This document shows positions 32,864 to 42,218 of a stretch of DNA of 64,000 nt, in pieces; the stretch's first letter is position 1, and the number at the start of each line of letters is the position of its first letter. This DNA is from Candidatus Heimdallarchaeum endolithica. GTDB lineage: Archaea; Asgardarchaeota; Heimdallarchaeia; Heimdallarchaeales; Heimdallarchaeaceae. Where the stretch lies: positions 2,208,001 through 2,272,000 of the forward strand of contig CP084167.1 in assembly GCA_021513715.1 (NCBI GenBank). Direction: 5' to 3'. The position numbers were made by a program, and so were the translations under genes. Under the pieces are notes generated by a model that worked only from the letters and a program-made list of their open reading frames with translations, was not told the DNA's origin and did no database searches.

Positions 32864-33055
32864 AGAGAAAAGATTTTCTACTTTATATATTTATAAAATT
32901 ATAACATTTCTGAAGGTTATATTTATGTTCAACCTTTTTATATTTCGCACGAATGTTTAACAACTTATTTTTTGTCTTTTTTTGTTTCGCCCAATCTTTT
33001 TCTTGCTTAATTATTTGAATTTCCTATGTTTTTATATTTATCAAATTTAATTTTT

Positions 33056-33973
33056 TTACTTCTGTTCTTGTTTAACCAGTATTTTTTTCCAGACAATTTC
33101 TTCATTTTTGGTAATTTTTTTATTTTTTCCAAAGATCTCATTTATGAAATCACACATTTTACATTTTTCTTTACAAAAAGCTTTTTTCATGATTTTACCA
33201 GGTAATTGTTTTTCCGATTTTACTCTCTCAACGATAGATACAATATTACTAATCCTCTTTAATTCTATGTCCTCCTTAGGAAGATCTAATATTCTTTTTT
33301 TCTTTTCATCATTATTTAAGTACCATAACTCTGGAATAATTTCGATATTAGGGTAGCTCTTTCTAATAATTTCAGAATAGGTAAGCACTTGCCTTTTATC
33401 TCTGAGAGATGATTTTCCTGTTTTTAGTTCTATCACTCTTACTGCTTTTCGATCTACTGTCCAAGCTAAAATGTCTATTCTGCCTGTTAAAATAAATTTC
33501 TCTGATAATTCATACTCAATTTTGTATTCAACTCCGATAACAAGAGAAAATAATCTATTATTATTCTCTTCAACTAAAGAAGAACAAAGCATAGCCAAGG
33601 AGCGTAAATTAAAGTAAAGCTCATCGTCATACTTTACTTCTTTCTCTCTCTCAATTATGCATTCAAAGTCCTTTATTCCATCAGGGAAGAAAAAACGTTC
33701 TGTCAACTCGTTTAAAGCAGCAAAAAAAGACTCTTCTATTGTAAGTTTTTCGTTATTGTAAAAATATTCTACAATGTCAAAATTGTTTGAAAAAACCGAT
33801 TGAAGAAGTAGATGATAAAAAGATCCAGCATTAAGGGCAAACGTAGATGGAGCATATTTTTTCAATCCTTTCATCTTCAGTAGAACAGCCGTATATGGTC
33901 TTCTTTCGCATTTATCTTCTTCAAGGACATCAGTAACGCAAATTCTAATTGGCCTTGCGAACATGATACTCAC
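33056..33973 (-). CDS. Cas4/AddB-like PD-(D/E)xK nuclease (solo)
   Basis: KCERR, GSFYHLLLQ, VEYKIE, LTGRIDIL, VIELKTG, QVLTY, and C-terminal CKEKCKMC (1+3 Cys, Fe-S staple pattern). Confidence 0.8.
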   Translation of the reverse strand: MSIMFARPIRICVTDVLEEDKCERRPYTAVLLKMKGLKKYAPSTFALNAGSFYHLLLQSVFSNNFDIVEYFYNNEKLTIEESFFAALNELTERFFFPDGIKDFECIIEREKEVKYDDELYFNLRSLAMLCSSLVEENNNRLFSLVIGVEYKIEYELSEKFILTGRIDILAWTVDRKAVRVIELKTGKSSLRDKRQVLTYSEIIRKSYPNIEIIPELWYLNNDEKKKRILDLPKEDIELKRISNIVSIVERVKSEKQLPGKIMKKAFCKEKCKMCDFINEIFGKNKKITKNEEIVWKKILVKQEQK

Positions 33974-34218
33974 GCTAATCTATAATCTCTTAATTAATTT
34001 ATAAAAAAGGAAAAAGTGGATTATTAAAAAGTAAATAAAAAAATTAATTGAGTAAATAAACAAACATTGGATATGAACAAGTAAAAAAATCTTCTTGTAT
34101 CACTTGTAGCTAATTATGACTCAAAAATAGGACAAACAACTCATTGTGAGTGTTTAATAGAACTTTGTTTTTAATCTTCCTTTATTTCCCCTTAAATTTC
34201 ATAGTATGAACTTAACGT

Positions 34219-34275
34219 GTGTCGATAAAAAGTATAGACAAAAAATCTAAGTGTCGATAAAAAGTATAGACAAAA
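34219..34275. repeat. Tandem direct repeat, 2 x 25 bp GTGTCGATAAAAAGTATAGACAAAA, each copy internally palindromic
   Basis: Identical copies at 34219-34243 and 34251-34275 with a 7-bp spacer. The core TGTCgATA-N5-TATaGACA is an inverted repeat with one mismatch. Confidence 0.9.
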
Positions 34276-34327
34276 TAACAAAATCAAAAAAGAATAATGT
34301 TTTTTTTAACTTCAATAATAATATCAA

Positions 34328-35143
34328 TTATAATTGAATGGGCGGTTCATTTGGTTCTTTAGTATACGATAAAACATAATTGAAAATGTTACTGTATAAC
34401 ACGTAATCTTTTTCTGGATCTAAAAAAAATTCTTTTCCTGTTACCACATCGTTAAAATAAGTAGTAGAATGTTCTAAAATGATTATTTGATTAACAAAAG
34501 ATAGATTCAATATATCCATTATTTTTTGTTTTATTTCATTTGGTGTGGATGTGTTTTTGAAATTATTTATGATGATGTCCAAAGGTTTGATTTTAACATA
34601 CTCTGGGAAATGGGCTATTCTTTCCGCATTCGCTTTCAGCAAGAACAAGTTGGGACTTGCGACTAATATTGGTTTATCAGCTACAAATAGTGCATTTACG
34701 CTATAAATATTCAAAGTACTAGGGCAATCTATGATTATAAAGTCGTATTTTATTTTCATTTCTACAATCAAACCCATCAAAAAATCTAGGAATGTGTCTG
34801 CAGTGAGTGTAGTATATCTATTATTTATTTCATTGAGAGTCAAAACAGGTTCTACAATAGCAAAATCTATTCCTGTTTTGTGTTCTATTATACATTCATC
34901 GAAAGATTCATGTTCTGAAGAGTCTGAAACATTTCTTTTCAACAACCAATCGGTTAAATATTTTTCCTTTACCACTTTTCGATTCAGCAAATATTGATAG
35001 CTAGGATTAAAAATATCCAGTTCAACGACTAGTGTTTTCTTTTTTTCTCGCACAAACATTTTTCCCATATTGAGTGCGAGCATGGTTTTTCCTGTTCCCC
35101 CTTCAAATGAGAAGAGAGTAAGTAATTTACTTTTTCTTGTCAT
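34328..35143 (-). CDS. ParA/MinD-family ATPase
   Basis: SFEGGTGKT deviant Walker A, VVELD, YDFIIIDCP, ALFVAD, IIINN. Confidence 0.88.
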   Translation of the reverse strand: MTRKSKLLTLFSFEGGTGKTMLALNMGKMFVREKKKTLVVELDIFNPSYQYLLNRKVVKEKYLTDWLLKRNVSDSSEHESFDECIIEHKTGIDFAIVEPVLTLNEINNRYTTLTADTFLDFLMGLIVEMKIKYDFIIIDCPSTLNIYSVNALFVADKPILVASPNLFLLKANAERIAHFPEYVKIKPLDIIINNFKNTSTPNEIKQKIMDILNLSFVNQIIILEHSTTYFNDVVTGKEFFLDPEKDYVLYSNIFNYVLSYTKEPNEPPIQL

Positions 35144-36263
35144 CTATTTTCACCAATGAAAAACAAGTTTTGCCATTGACTGCAGTAATCCTTCTTATTA
35201 TCCCCTTTTCCAATAAATACAATAGAGAATGCGTGATATATTCCTTATCACTGATATCATATTCCTTTTCCACATATTCTTCTATCTCATCTCTAGAAAT
35301 TGTATTATTAGTGTTCAGAGCAAGAATGGACTTGAGCACATAGGAAGAAGAATGATCCATTATCTCAAGCATAGTCCTAGTTGAAAAGTAGTTGTCTATC
35401 TCTTCCTCTTCTTTTCTTAACCTAGAACTGAAAGAGTCATAAACTATTTTTTCTACTTTTTTTTCTAATTCGTATAATTTATCTCTAACAGTATAAATAT
35501 TCAATTTTGAAGTAAGAAATCGCTCAAACTCTTTGACTATTTTTGATGCTAATAGGAATTTATACAACCCATGCGTGGTAATAACCATTAAACAAACGTA
35601 TACAGTAATTGGTTCTTGATTCTTAATTAATAAATAATAATCCACAGGATAGAAACTTTCCATTTGCTTAAACAAATTATACTTTTTCATTTTTATGAAA
35701 AAACGAGTAGCTGCATGATCATTATACATCTCAGTTTGTATTTTTATTCTCTCCATACATCTTCTTGTTTTTTCTGGGGTGAGTAGAGCATATGTATCTT
35801 CTATACTTTCTAGTTTCTTCAATTCTTCTTCTTTTTCGTATTCGCTAGCAATTAAACCTTTATTTTCTCCTATTTTATAAAGAAAAACAACTGACAATTT
35901 TTTTCCTAAAAAGTCTGTTAGCTCGTTTGGTTTTTCATTATAAAGGTTATTAGGAGTATAAAATTCTTCCGTAGTGCTAACAACTTTAACTTTTACTTTG
36001 TCTCCAACACTGAACAACTTCCTCAATCGATGAGAAAGATTGAATTCTAGCTTCCCACCTTTTGTTCGAATGATAGGTAAATCAACTCCTTGTTTGCCTA
36101 CTGTATCCTTACTCAAATTTTCCAAGTATATATGATACTCCTTTCCTCCTTCAATATCGCAGATAATCTCTTGTGGAAAACGAATTTTGAATCTGGTCAA
36201 TACAGTTGTAGTGAACTCTATAGGTGATTCATGCTGTATTGTTTTATTCTCTGTTACTGTCAT
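35127..36263 (-). CDS. Hypothetical DNA-binding protein: N-terminal AbrB/MazE-like segments, C-terminal winged helix
   Basis: N-terminal KIRFPQEI...GKEYHIYLE and EFNLSHRLRKLFSVGDKVKVKV resemble swapped-hairpin domains. C-terminal ISRDEIEEYV...ITHSLLYLLEKGIIRR is wHTH-like. Overlaps the ATPase start. Confidence 0.55.
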   Translation of the reverse strand: MTVTENKTIQHESPIEFTTTVLTRFKIRFPQEIICDIEGGKEYHIYLENLSKDTVGKQGVDLPIIRTKGGKLEFNLSHRLRKLFSVGDKVKVKVVSTTEEFYTPNNLYNEKPNELTDFLGKKLSVVFLYKIGENKGLIASEYEKEEELKKLESIEDTYALLTPEKTRRCMERIKIQTEMYNDHAATRFFIKMKKYNLFKQMESFYPVDYYLLIKNQEPITVYVCLMVITTHGLYKFLLASKIVKEFERFLTSKLNIYTVRDKLYELEKKVEKIVYDSFSSRLRKEEEEIDNYFSTRTMLEIMDHSSSYVLKSILALNTNNTISRDEIEEYVEKEYDISDKEYITHSLLYLLEKGIIRRITAVNGKTCFSLVKIDDKKK

Positions 36264-36535
36264 TTCTTCTGCCCTCCATGTGCTGAACGAAAGATGAAAA
36301 AAATTCTTTCCAAAAATGTAATATGTAAAATGCTTTTTAAAGAAAGCAAAAAATCTCGGACGATATCAGAGAATCGAAAAGTAAAAGTACTCCCAGGACT
36401 AAATATGATTCTGTCCTTTATAAATTGTTTAAGAACTGAATTGTAAGTAAATTTTCCTTCTTCTTTTTTATCAGAAGCGACTAAATATAAATGAATAGAT
36501 GTTTTTTTTCCTTTTCCTTTTTCTTTTTTTCGCAT
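36260..36535 (-). CDS. Small basic hypothetical protein
   Basis: ATG after AAGGAG; overlaps the start of the next gene. Confidence 0.4.
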   Translation of the reverse strand: MRKKEKGKGKKTSIHLYLVASDKKEEGKFTYNSVLKQFIKDRIIFSPGSTFTFRFSDIVRDFLLSLKSILHITFLERIFFIFRSAHGGQKK

Positions 36536-36701
36536 TTTTTTCTCCTTGCATATTTTATCACTTCCGTCGCTCTGAGTATATATTATACTAAAGAATAAAT
36601 ACTCATTTAGTTTATTTACAACATATTATTTAAACTTTTGTTTTTATAAATACGGTAATTGAAAGGTCGAAGATATGTTTTATATATTCTAATGGTGTTA
36701 A

Positions 36702-37001
36702 ATGCGTATGAATGGCAAAAAAAACTATTCTCTCGAAGAATTAATCGCTACACTTGAACAAAAAGGAGCAATACATATACTCATTTATTTAGAGGAAAAG
36801 AAAAATGCTAATTTAACAAGTATTATGGAAAATACACCTAAAGTTGGACAAACAGCTATTTATACTGCTATTCGCAAACTGTTAGATCAGGAACTGATTA
36901 ATGAAAAGAAAGAACCCCCTTACAATCGCAGATTTTTTTCTCTAACCGATAGAGGAAAAAAAGTTGTTGAAATATTAAAAAAATTAAAAGAAATCACTTA
37001 A
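36702..37001 (+). CDS. Winged-helix transcriptional regulator (HxlR/MarR-like)
   Basis: ILIYL...LTSIM...TAIYTAIRKLLDQELI...RRFFSLTDRGKKV; divergent from the ATPase operon. Confidence 0.8.
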   Translation: MRMNGKKNYSLEELIATLEQKGAIHILIYLEEKKNANLTSIMENTPKVGQTAIYTAIRKLLDQELINEKKEPPYNRRFFSLTDRGKKVVEILKKLKEIT

Positions 37002-37414
37002 TTTCCTAACTTTACTTTATACGTCCAATACATGATTTTTACAACTATTATTATGTTTAAGTCAAAAGTCCCTTCCTATTCTCTTTATTGCTTAGAATTA
37101 TTTTAATTATTGTTTTTTTATAATCTTAAACTCATTTTATCTCTTCTTTTTTTCCTCTAATTCTTTTATTTCTTCGAAAAAATAATGAAGAAAATAAGGT
37201 AAAAAGTCTAAATTAAACATATATTCTTTTTATTGATTTTATAGAGTTCCAACAATTTTCTTTTCTTTTATTTTCTTTACTTTCAATAGGATATATTTTA
37301 CTTTTTCTTTATTATTATTTGAAGCACTGACAGTTGTTAAAAACGTGAAAAGGTACCCAAGAGGAAATTTTAGATGAATGAAAAGAAGACAAGAAAAATT
37401 GAGAAAAAAAAAAG

Positions 37415-37456
37415 TCCAATGATAACAAGAACTCCAAGCAATGAAAAACAGAGAGT
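37415..37456. repeat. 3' arm of the 16S processing stem
   Basis: TCCAATGATAACAAGAACTCCAAGCAATGAAAAACAGAGAGT is nearly the reverse complement of 39136-39177. Confidence 0.85.
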
Positions 37457-37499
37457 AAATAAAGAGAATAAGAGGGAGGAGCCTGAGGCCCCCAAACAT

Positions 37500-38977
<1,478 letters not shown>

Positions 38978-39135
38978 CTTTTTGACGATTTTTTTTTGTT
39001 TTGTTTGTACGGTCTTTATTTCTTACCTTTTTCGCTTTTTAAAACTTGAATTAACTTTTTACGCACACTCCAAGTGTCACGCTTTTTCTGTACTTTACTA
39101 CCAAAATTTTTTTTCTTTTGGCCTAAAATTCTCTA

Positions 39136-39177
39136 ACTCATCTGTTTTTCACGCTTAGAGTTCTTGTTATCATTGGA
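39136..39177. repeat. 5' arm of the 16S processing stem
   Basis: Pairs with 37415-37456 over ~41 bp with only G-U pairs and two single-nt bulges. Confidence 0.85.
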
Positions 39178-39445
39178 GGTGATGCTTTTTTTTGTTTGTT
39201 TGCAATTTTTTTGTTTTTGCATCGTTTTTAAATTATTCGTTCGTTGGCTTTTTCTTTTTTTTTTCTAACGCAACGAACGTTTCTTTGTTATTGCTTACTA
39301 ATATTATTATTTCTCGACAGCTATTAAAAATTGTTGTTTAGAGTCTTTTTAGATTGATAAATAAGTTCTTTTTCCTATCCTCTTACTTTTTATTTTAATA
39401 TCGAAGTCTTTTTAACTACCTATCTTCATCGTTGTTCGATAATTT

Positions 39446-40165
39446 ATGGTTAGTGATTCTGGTTCTTTAGTTTTACGTGATTTAATTCGTCTTGATGGTA
39501 GATCCAAGCATATTTATTCTCTTTATTCTTTTCTTGTTGTTATCCTTTTGACCTTTTTACTGTATATCATTCCTGACTACTATTTTCTTGAGGAAGTTAC
39601 TTACAGTACTGCTTTTTCTATTTTAAAGTTTTATCGCTTCAATGTTCGTTATGATGGTTTATTTGTTGACACTAGTTCTAGTGGTGATAGTTCTTTTCTT
39701 GTTTCTCTAATCGACTTTTTTTCTAAATTTGATTTTCATAACGGTCGTTCTCCTGTTATTAAGGCTCTTACTGTTAACAAGCGTTTTGCCATTGTTCGCG
39801 CTTGTACTGCTATGCAAGCCGGTGCTTTACTTATGGCTCTTATTATTGTTACTCCTGCTCGTCCCTGGGATAAGGTTAAAGCTACTAGTTTTACTATTAT
39901 GGTCCTCGTTCTTACTAATTTTTTGCGTATCGCTTTAATTGTTGGTATGACTGTCACCTTGATGGTTAATTATGGTACTACTTATGATGCTGCTTGGATG
40001 TGGTCTCATGACGTTTTAGGTAAACCTATCGGTTTTTTTGGTACTATTTTGTTTGCTTTTATAATTGAAGGTCAGAATGTTCCCATCCTAAACACTGTCT
40101 CTTTATGGATTGACAGTTTATTGGACCTCTTTTCCTCTAAAAAAGACTCTAAAAAAGACGATTAA
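39446..40165 (+). CDS. Archaeosortase/exosortase family protein
   Basis: Multi-TM protein with the Cys (RACTAM), Arg (NFLRIA) and His (WSHDVLG) triad. Confidence 0.85.
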   Translation: MVSDSGSLVLRDLIRLDGRSKHIYSLYSFLVVILLTFLLYIIPDYYFLEEVTYSTAFSILKFYRFNVRYDGLFVDTSSSGDSSFLVSLIDFFSKFDFHNGRSPVIKALTVNKRFAIVRACTAMQAGALLMALIIVTPARPWDKVKATSFTIMVLVLTNFLRIALIVGMTVTLMVNYGTTYDAAWMWSHDVLGKPIGFFGTILFAFIIEGQNVPILNTVSLWIDSLLDLFSSKKDSKKDD

Positions 40166-40290
40166 ATAATCTCTTCTCTTTTTTTTCTTATTTCTTTCTT
40201 CTCCTTTATCTAAAATTCTATCCTGGGTCTCTTCTTCTTATTTCTTTTTCTTTTTCTTAGAATTCTTCTTGGATTTATTTTATCTAACTC

Positions 40291-40581
40291 TTATCCACCG
40301 TGTGAAATTGGAATTATTCTTATAGTTAAATCTCCCTCTATTTTACTTTCTAGTTTTCCTGTTGTCTTTAGTTCTATTTTGTTATTTAAGATTAAAAATC
40401 CTGGTCTTATTTTTTCGTTCTTTACTAAATAATTAAATGCTTCTTCGTTTTCCTTTAGTGTTTCAATTAGTGCTTGTCCTATCGTTAGACCCTTTTTCAC
40501 TCTTTTCTCCATTTTCTTTTGACTAATTGGAATTGAAGGGTGAAAAAGAATTTGTAGAGCGGCGTATTCTTTTATATTCAC
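40291..40581 (-). CDS. Urm1/SAMP-like ubiquitin-fold modifier (MoaD/ThiS family)
   Basis: IRPGFLILNN and C-terminal IIPISHGG resemble Urm1 (RPGILVLIND...LHGG). Confidence 0.85.
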   Translation of the reverse strand: MNIKEYAALQILFHPSIPISQKKMEKRVKKGLTIGQALIETLKENEEAFNYLVKNEKIRPGFLILNNKIELKTTGKLESKIEGDLTIRIIPISHGG

Positions 40582-40629
40582 CCTATCACCCTGTCACTTT
40601 ATCTACTTCACTTTTAATTTGTTCTTTTT

Positions 40630-41580
40630 TTATCCTATGTCTATCTCAAACATACTTAAGATATCTTCAATATCTTGAGCTATTTTTTCGTCTTCCTCGC
40701 TTAATTCTGCTCCTTCCTCTGGTTTAAGGAATTCTATTGCTCTTACAATTCCGTTTTCACATATCATTCTTGGCACATGCGATCTAGAAAAGAATACTCC
40801 TTCTGGTGGTTCATCTAATTCTTCGAATGAACCATCATATGATTCTGTATATACGTTTGTTCCAATAATTATTAGGTCTCTATAAAATCCCTTTGGGACA
40901 CCTAAATCTTTTAAAATTTCAAAAGATTTTTTGAGCAAATCATCAGCTTGTTCTTGCATAGCTCTTTTTGTTGAGATCTCCACTTCCTTGCTTACTTGTT
41001 TTGTTTTTGGGATTGGTGGTCCTTGTTCGCCCTCTTCTTCTAGCGAATCAAGTGCTGATAATATCGATGGAGTAGGTCTGTTCCCTGGTGCTCCCATCTT
41101 GGCCATTTTTGCTGGCAATTGTGAAGTAGGCACTTGTCCTGGCCGATCTTTTATTCTTGCTACTTCTTCATCACTAATTGATGCAGTTAATTTATGTGGC
41201 TCTTCGTCAACTTCATCAAAAACGTTTATTCTGCTTTGTCTTTCCATTAGTTCTTTTGCTTTTCTCAGGACCTCACTACTTACTAGGTCTTCTTTTCCCA
41301 TTTTTTGTAACATGGCAACAAATTCTGCTGTTTCTTCTCCTTGGTCGCATGTTTGGGGTATATATGCAAATCCATATTCTTTTTTCCTTAGATCTGATAG
41401 TGCTCTACTTCCAATAAACTTCTTTCTTATTTGACAATTTTGGCCCTTCCATAACCACATCCTTTTATCTACTTCGTCTACTATAATAATAACGCTTTCT
41501 GGCTTTAATTGTAAATCAGGAAGTTCGGTTAATGAACCATCTTCATTCACTTCTAATACTTTCATGTATTTCACACTCAA
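40630..41580 (-). CDS. Gelsolin-domain protein (one gelsolin repeat, low-complexity linker, acidic C-terminal domain)
   Basis: ESVIIIVD...MWLWKG...IRKKFIGSRA...DQGEETAEF matches the gelsolin repeat consensus. Confidence 0.8.
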   Translation of the reverse strand: MSVKYMKVLEVNEDGSLTELPDLQLKPESVIIIVDEVDKRMWLWKGQNCQIRKKFIGSRALSDLRKKEYGFAYIPQTCDQGEETAEFVAMLQKMGKEDLVSSEVLRKAKELMERQSRINVFDEVDEEPHKLTASISDEEVARIKDRPGQVPTSQLPAKMAKMGAPGNRPTPSILSALDSLEEEGEQGPPIPKTKQVSKEVEISTKRAMQEQADDLLKKSFEILKDLGVPKGFYRDLIIIGTNVYTESYDGSFEELDEPPEGVFFSRSHVPRMICENGIVRAIEFLKPEEGAELSEEDEKIAQDIEDILSMFEIDIG

Positions 41581-41725
41581 CGAATTATCTCTATATTGTC
41601 CATATTTATATTTTATATATATTAATTTTGTTTCTAAAAAATCTCAAAAGTTTACTGACTATTATTTACTTGTCGACTTTTTTTATGTCTGTTTTTAAGT
41701 TTTTGAGACTTTTATTTATGTACTG

Positions 41726-41962
41726 ATGAACGAAATAATATTATTTACTTCCAATGAATGTTTGTATTGTTCAATTGCCAAAAAGAAATTAGAGGAAGTT
41801 ATCAATGAATATGGGGGCTTATTTGAATTGAAACTCAAAAACATTGAGCAAGAAAGCTCTGAGACACCAATAACTGTTTTACCTACTGTGATTATTGGGA
41901 AAAAGAAATTTGAAGGCGTTTTAGAAAAAGATCAAATCCATACTGCTCTTTTCTCTTCTTAA
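41726..41962 (+). CDS. Thioredoxin/glutaredoxin family protein
   Basis: CLYC active site, VLPTVIIG cis-Pro loop, FEG. Confidence 0.85.
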   Translation: MNEIILFTSNECLYCSIAKKKLEEVINEYGGLFELKLKNIEQESSETPITVLPTVIIGKKKFEGVLEKDQIHTALFSS

Positions 41963-41972
41963 AATCTTATTT

Positions 41973-42218
41973 TTATTTCTTGAAGAATCTCTCGTAGTCT
42001 ATTACTTCTTTTACCGTTTTTCCGACTGATTCATCTAAAATTGAAAGTTCTTTTAAGTATGCTTCCCATGATAATATTCCATATGCTCTAAGCCAGAGTT
42101 CGTATCCTTCTAAAAGTGACTTTTTGGCTTTTTCATGTATTTCGCAGAAAGTATCTTTTCCACTTTTTTCTTTTTTACAAATTGGGCAGTATTTCAAACT
42201 ATTTTCCATTTTTATCAC
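41973..42218 (-). CDS. Small Zn-binding hypothetical protein coupled to topA
   Basis: CPIC...FCEIH; overlaps the topA stop. Confidence 0.65.
   Translation of the reverse strand: MIKMENSLKYCPICKKEKSGKDTFCEIHEKAKKSLLEGYELWLRAYGILSWEAYLKELSILDESVGKTVKEVIDYERFFKK

Larger units (their letters stand above)
1..37001. mobile_element. Accessory island / probable aloposon-like element (left part outside the window; right boundary uncertain, either ~34275 or ~37100)
   Basis: Twin giant genes, ParA/MinD ATPase, solo nucleases and a tandem 24-25 bp repeat, with no housekeeping genes; abuts the 16S 3' trailer. No transposase or integrase is visible in the window. Confidence 0.6.

Noticed and set aside
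34219-34275. CRISPR array next to a Cas4-like gene
   Set aside because: Only two repeats with a 7-bp spacer, and no cas1/cas2 or effector genes.
39446-40165. Archaeosortase as the dedicated processing enzyme for the giants
   Set aside because: It lies on the other side of the 16S among core genes, and I see no PGF/PEF-type sorting motif before the TM anchors of giant 1 or the subtilase.
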